64,000 nucleotides of DNA, taken from the NCBI RefSeq assembly GCF_001447785.1, contig NW_015175997.1, positions 316,878 through 380,877 on the forward strand. Direction: 5' to 3'. Position numbers and translations under genes: made by a program. This document shows positions 61,400 to 64,000 of this stretch, in pieces. The notes below the pieces were generated by a model, which did not search any database, had not been told where the DNA came from, and saw only the letters and a list, made by a program, of their open reading frames with translations. Source of the DNA: Gekko japonicus (lineage: Eukaryota). How positions within the stretch are numbered: the first letter of the stretch is position 1; each line of letters starts with the position of its first letter.

Positions 61400-61883
61400 T
61401 CAATACATTCCCTGTATGCATGGTATTATGGCTTGCTGGTGTCACTTGGAGCCAAGGCAACTGTTCCTTGGTCGTCAGTCATGACTTGTTCTCAGGGCCA
61501 AGGCGACAATTCCTTGCCCAGTCAGTGATTTGCTCTTATGGTTCTGTGGGGCTGCCTACCCACTGCATCCCATCCTCGTTGCCATTATTATGAACTGAAA
61601 TTGAGGCAGCTCTTAAGCAAGTGATTTCATTTTATTCAGCTCATAACAACACTAGACAAATATACATAGAAAAATGCTGACATATATGATTTGAACGGGC
61701 AAAACCACACCTAAACAAACATATAACAACCAATCGGAATACGGAGCTTGGAACCAATGAGAGTGATTCCCGCCAAAGTCAAAGGCTTCTCTGATTGGCC
61801 TATTTGCCAATCCATGTAATGCTATGATTTATGGAACTGTGCTTACGCTAACGCAATGCTTTATTGACTTAAGACATAAGACA
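61400..61883 (-). mobile_element. Probable Gypsy 5' LTR (~61586-61883) with primer-binding site and a short internal stub
   Basis: Minus strand TGTCTTA start, CCAAT boxes, AATAAA, then TGGCAACGAGGA (PBS-like) at 61584-61573. Confidence 0.55.
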
Positions 61884-62116
61884 TGGTCACCCATGGACCC
61901 CAGTAGTGACTATTACCCCTTGGCTCAAGTGCTTAGATGAGGTGATCCGAGCCTTTTAATAGCATTTTAGTAATAACTGCCTTACCATGACCTTGCTTGA
62001 AGATGTGGTATCAGACTGCCTGTACGTTAACTGCTTTTAGATTGTTTCTATAGCCAGACTCTTGAGATTTTGAGTTCTTTGGAGATATTTTATGTAATGA
62101 AAAGTATTCAGTTCTT

Positions 62117-62405
62117 GAGAGCCAGTTTTGTGTAGTGGTTAAGTGCATGGACTCTAATCTGGGAGGACTGGGTTTGATTCCCCAGTCCTCAACTTGCACC
62201 TGCTGGATGACCTTGGGCAAGCCATAGGTCTGGCACAGCTGTTCTTGAAAAACAGCAGTTTCTGTCAGAGCTCTCTCAGCCCCACCTACCTCACAGGGTG
62301 TCTGTTGTGGGGAGGGGAAGGGAAAGGAGTTTGTAAGCTGCTCTGAGACTCCTTTGGGTAGTGAAGGGCTGGGTATAAATCCAGCCTCTACTCTTCTTCT
62401 TCTTC
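62117..62405 (+). mobile_element. tRNA-derived SINE (Squam3-type)
   Basis: Full-length copy with a (TTC)n tail. Confidence 0.9.
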
Positions 62406-62437
62406 GGGAATAAGAGGTGGCTTCTGGAGGTTTATTT

Positions 62438-62650
62438 GAGAGTCAGTGTGGTATAGTGGCTTCGAGTGTCAGACTAGGATCTGGGAGACCCAGGATCAAA
62501 TTCTCACACTGCAATGGAAGCTCACTGGATGACTTTGGGCCAGTCACATACTAATGTACCTCACAGGGTTATTGTGAGGCTAGAATGGAAGAGAGGAGAA
62601 TGATGTAAGCCCCTTTGGGTCCCTGCTGGGGAGAAAAGTGGGGTATAAAG
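62438..62650 (+). mobile_element. Older, shorter Squam3/MIR-like SINE
   Basis: GAGTCAGTGTGGTATAGTGG head; ACCTCACAGGGTTATTGTGAGG core. Confidence 0.75.
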
Positions 62651-64000
62651 TAAGTGAATTTTAAAAAATCATTTTGCACACTGAAGCTTTCTCTGCATTG
62701 CAAATTTTACTGTAGCACAGAGGAACCTCGCCTTATTAAGATGTTTTTGACAATTATCTAATTAGCCAGATTTACAGATCATATCCTTCTGCCTTTTATG
62801 ATTCTCCAGGCCACCCTCATACATGACCAAAGTGATAATATGTATTGTAATGTTCCAAGTCCTGCTCATTAACAAAAGACACAGAAAATTCAAATGGAAA
62901 AAGAAAGAGAACCTTTCACACAGAATGTTGCAAACTTAATTTTTTGTCAGCAGAAACAAAAATTATGGCCTGTACCTGGCTTTGATTGCCAACCAGTGGT
63001 ATATATGAGGCCCTGTGACCGCAGATTGAAGCTGTGGCAAGAAAACGAGTTGTTCTAAGCTGTGTTGTGAGTTTTCTGGCTGAAGTCTGAAGCCAGTTAA
63101 AGGCTTGGCTAATACAAGATCCCAGTCAGGGCCGGGCTTTGGGAAGAACACAGGGACATTCTGAATGTTTGAAGTTATCTGGGAGACATTCAAGGCTGTC
63201 ATTTCCCATCTGGTGGGTGTGCCCTGAGTGCAGCCATGTCACTGGTTGGCCTGGAGCCAAGGGGACTCTGCCTGTCTTGCAGGACTATTATCCAGCAGGG
63301 CATTTTGTAATGATGTCAATTGCAAGAAGGGAGCCTTGGCAGGGCAAAGTCTGCAGAAAGTTCAGTCTGATGTTTAGACCCATGCTGCAGAAGGAATTCT
63401 ATCTACACATGTTTTCTGCTGTGTGGATGTCCGTGTGCATTCTTGTATGTTCCCCACCCTCTTTTTTTTTCTGGTATGGCCCTCTTTAATATTCAACTCC
63501 ATTTTAACTCATTAGCTTAAAACCCCCTAATGATCTCAATTCTCTTGTGAATCGCAGCAGCCACAATATTCTTTTTGCTTGCGCAGCTCTTCAGTATATA
63601 GTCAAATTGACTGATTCTGGTAGCTGTAGTTAGGTGTAAGCTAGACAGATTCACTGAGCATCATGGGTCTGGAAGAAACCCATCTAGCTTGGCCCCCTGC
63701 TGTAGATCAGGACTGACTGATGCTCACAATCCACATTACTATGTTTTACAAACAGTGGAGATGATATCCTATGCCAGAGGTTGCTCTTTGTAATGTGACA
63801 TGTGCAGCACATTGACTGTTGTAACATATTTGGGGTTTTTTTCTGATATGCCCTGCAGACATGACAATATCTGATGTCTTTGGCTTCTGACTACCTTTGC
63901 AATCGCTCTGTTCAGCAATTAGCCTTGAAAATGAGAACACGGGGAAGAACATCTGTTACACGTAGCAAGTATATAAAGTGATCAGCAGGATATCTAAGGT

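Overview
Eukaryotic (vertebrate) genomic DNA. The repeat content (Squam3-type and Sauria SINEs, 5S-derived SINE, CR1/L2/L1, Penelope, hAT MITEs) points to a squamate reptile, probably a gecko. Two complete spliced genes lie tail-to-tail. DDB2 (+ strand, 10 coding exons, 15920-34420, 508 aa) has a CpG-rich promoter and a probable non-coding exon 1 near 14.0-14.3 kb. ACP2, lysosomal acid phosphatase (- strand, 11 coding exons, 48239-39004, 428 aa), follows. A further CpG-rich promoter-like region near 58.7-59.3 kb may be the 5' end of NR1H3, by synteny only. The first 5.3 kb is a decayed, 5'-truncated Gypsy LTR retrotransposon with a solo LTR nested in its protease. There are four assembly gaps. 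I find no convincing wholly new multi-gene system. The most interesting signals are: a decayed second copy of DDB2 exon 4 (probable relic of a mutually exclusive exon), a 38-bp duplication that copies the ACP2 exon 3 splice donor, a perfect 66-bp foldback hAT element, Penelope-derived palindromes with hammerhead-like cores, paired p53-consensus decamers at the ACP2 5' end, a GC-rich tandem array upstream of ACP2, and several transposon nests that can be reconstructed in frame.
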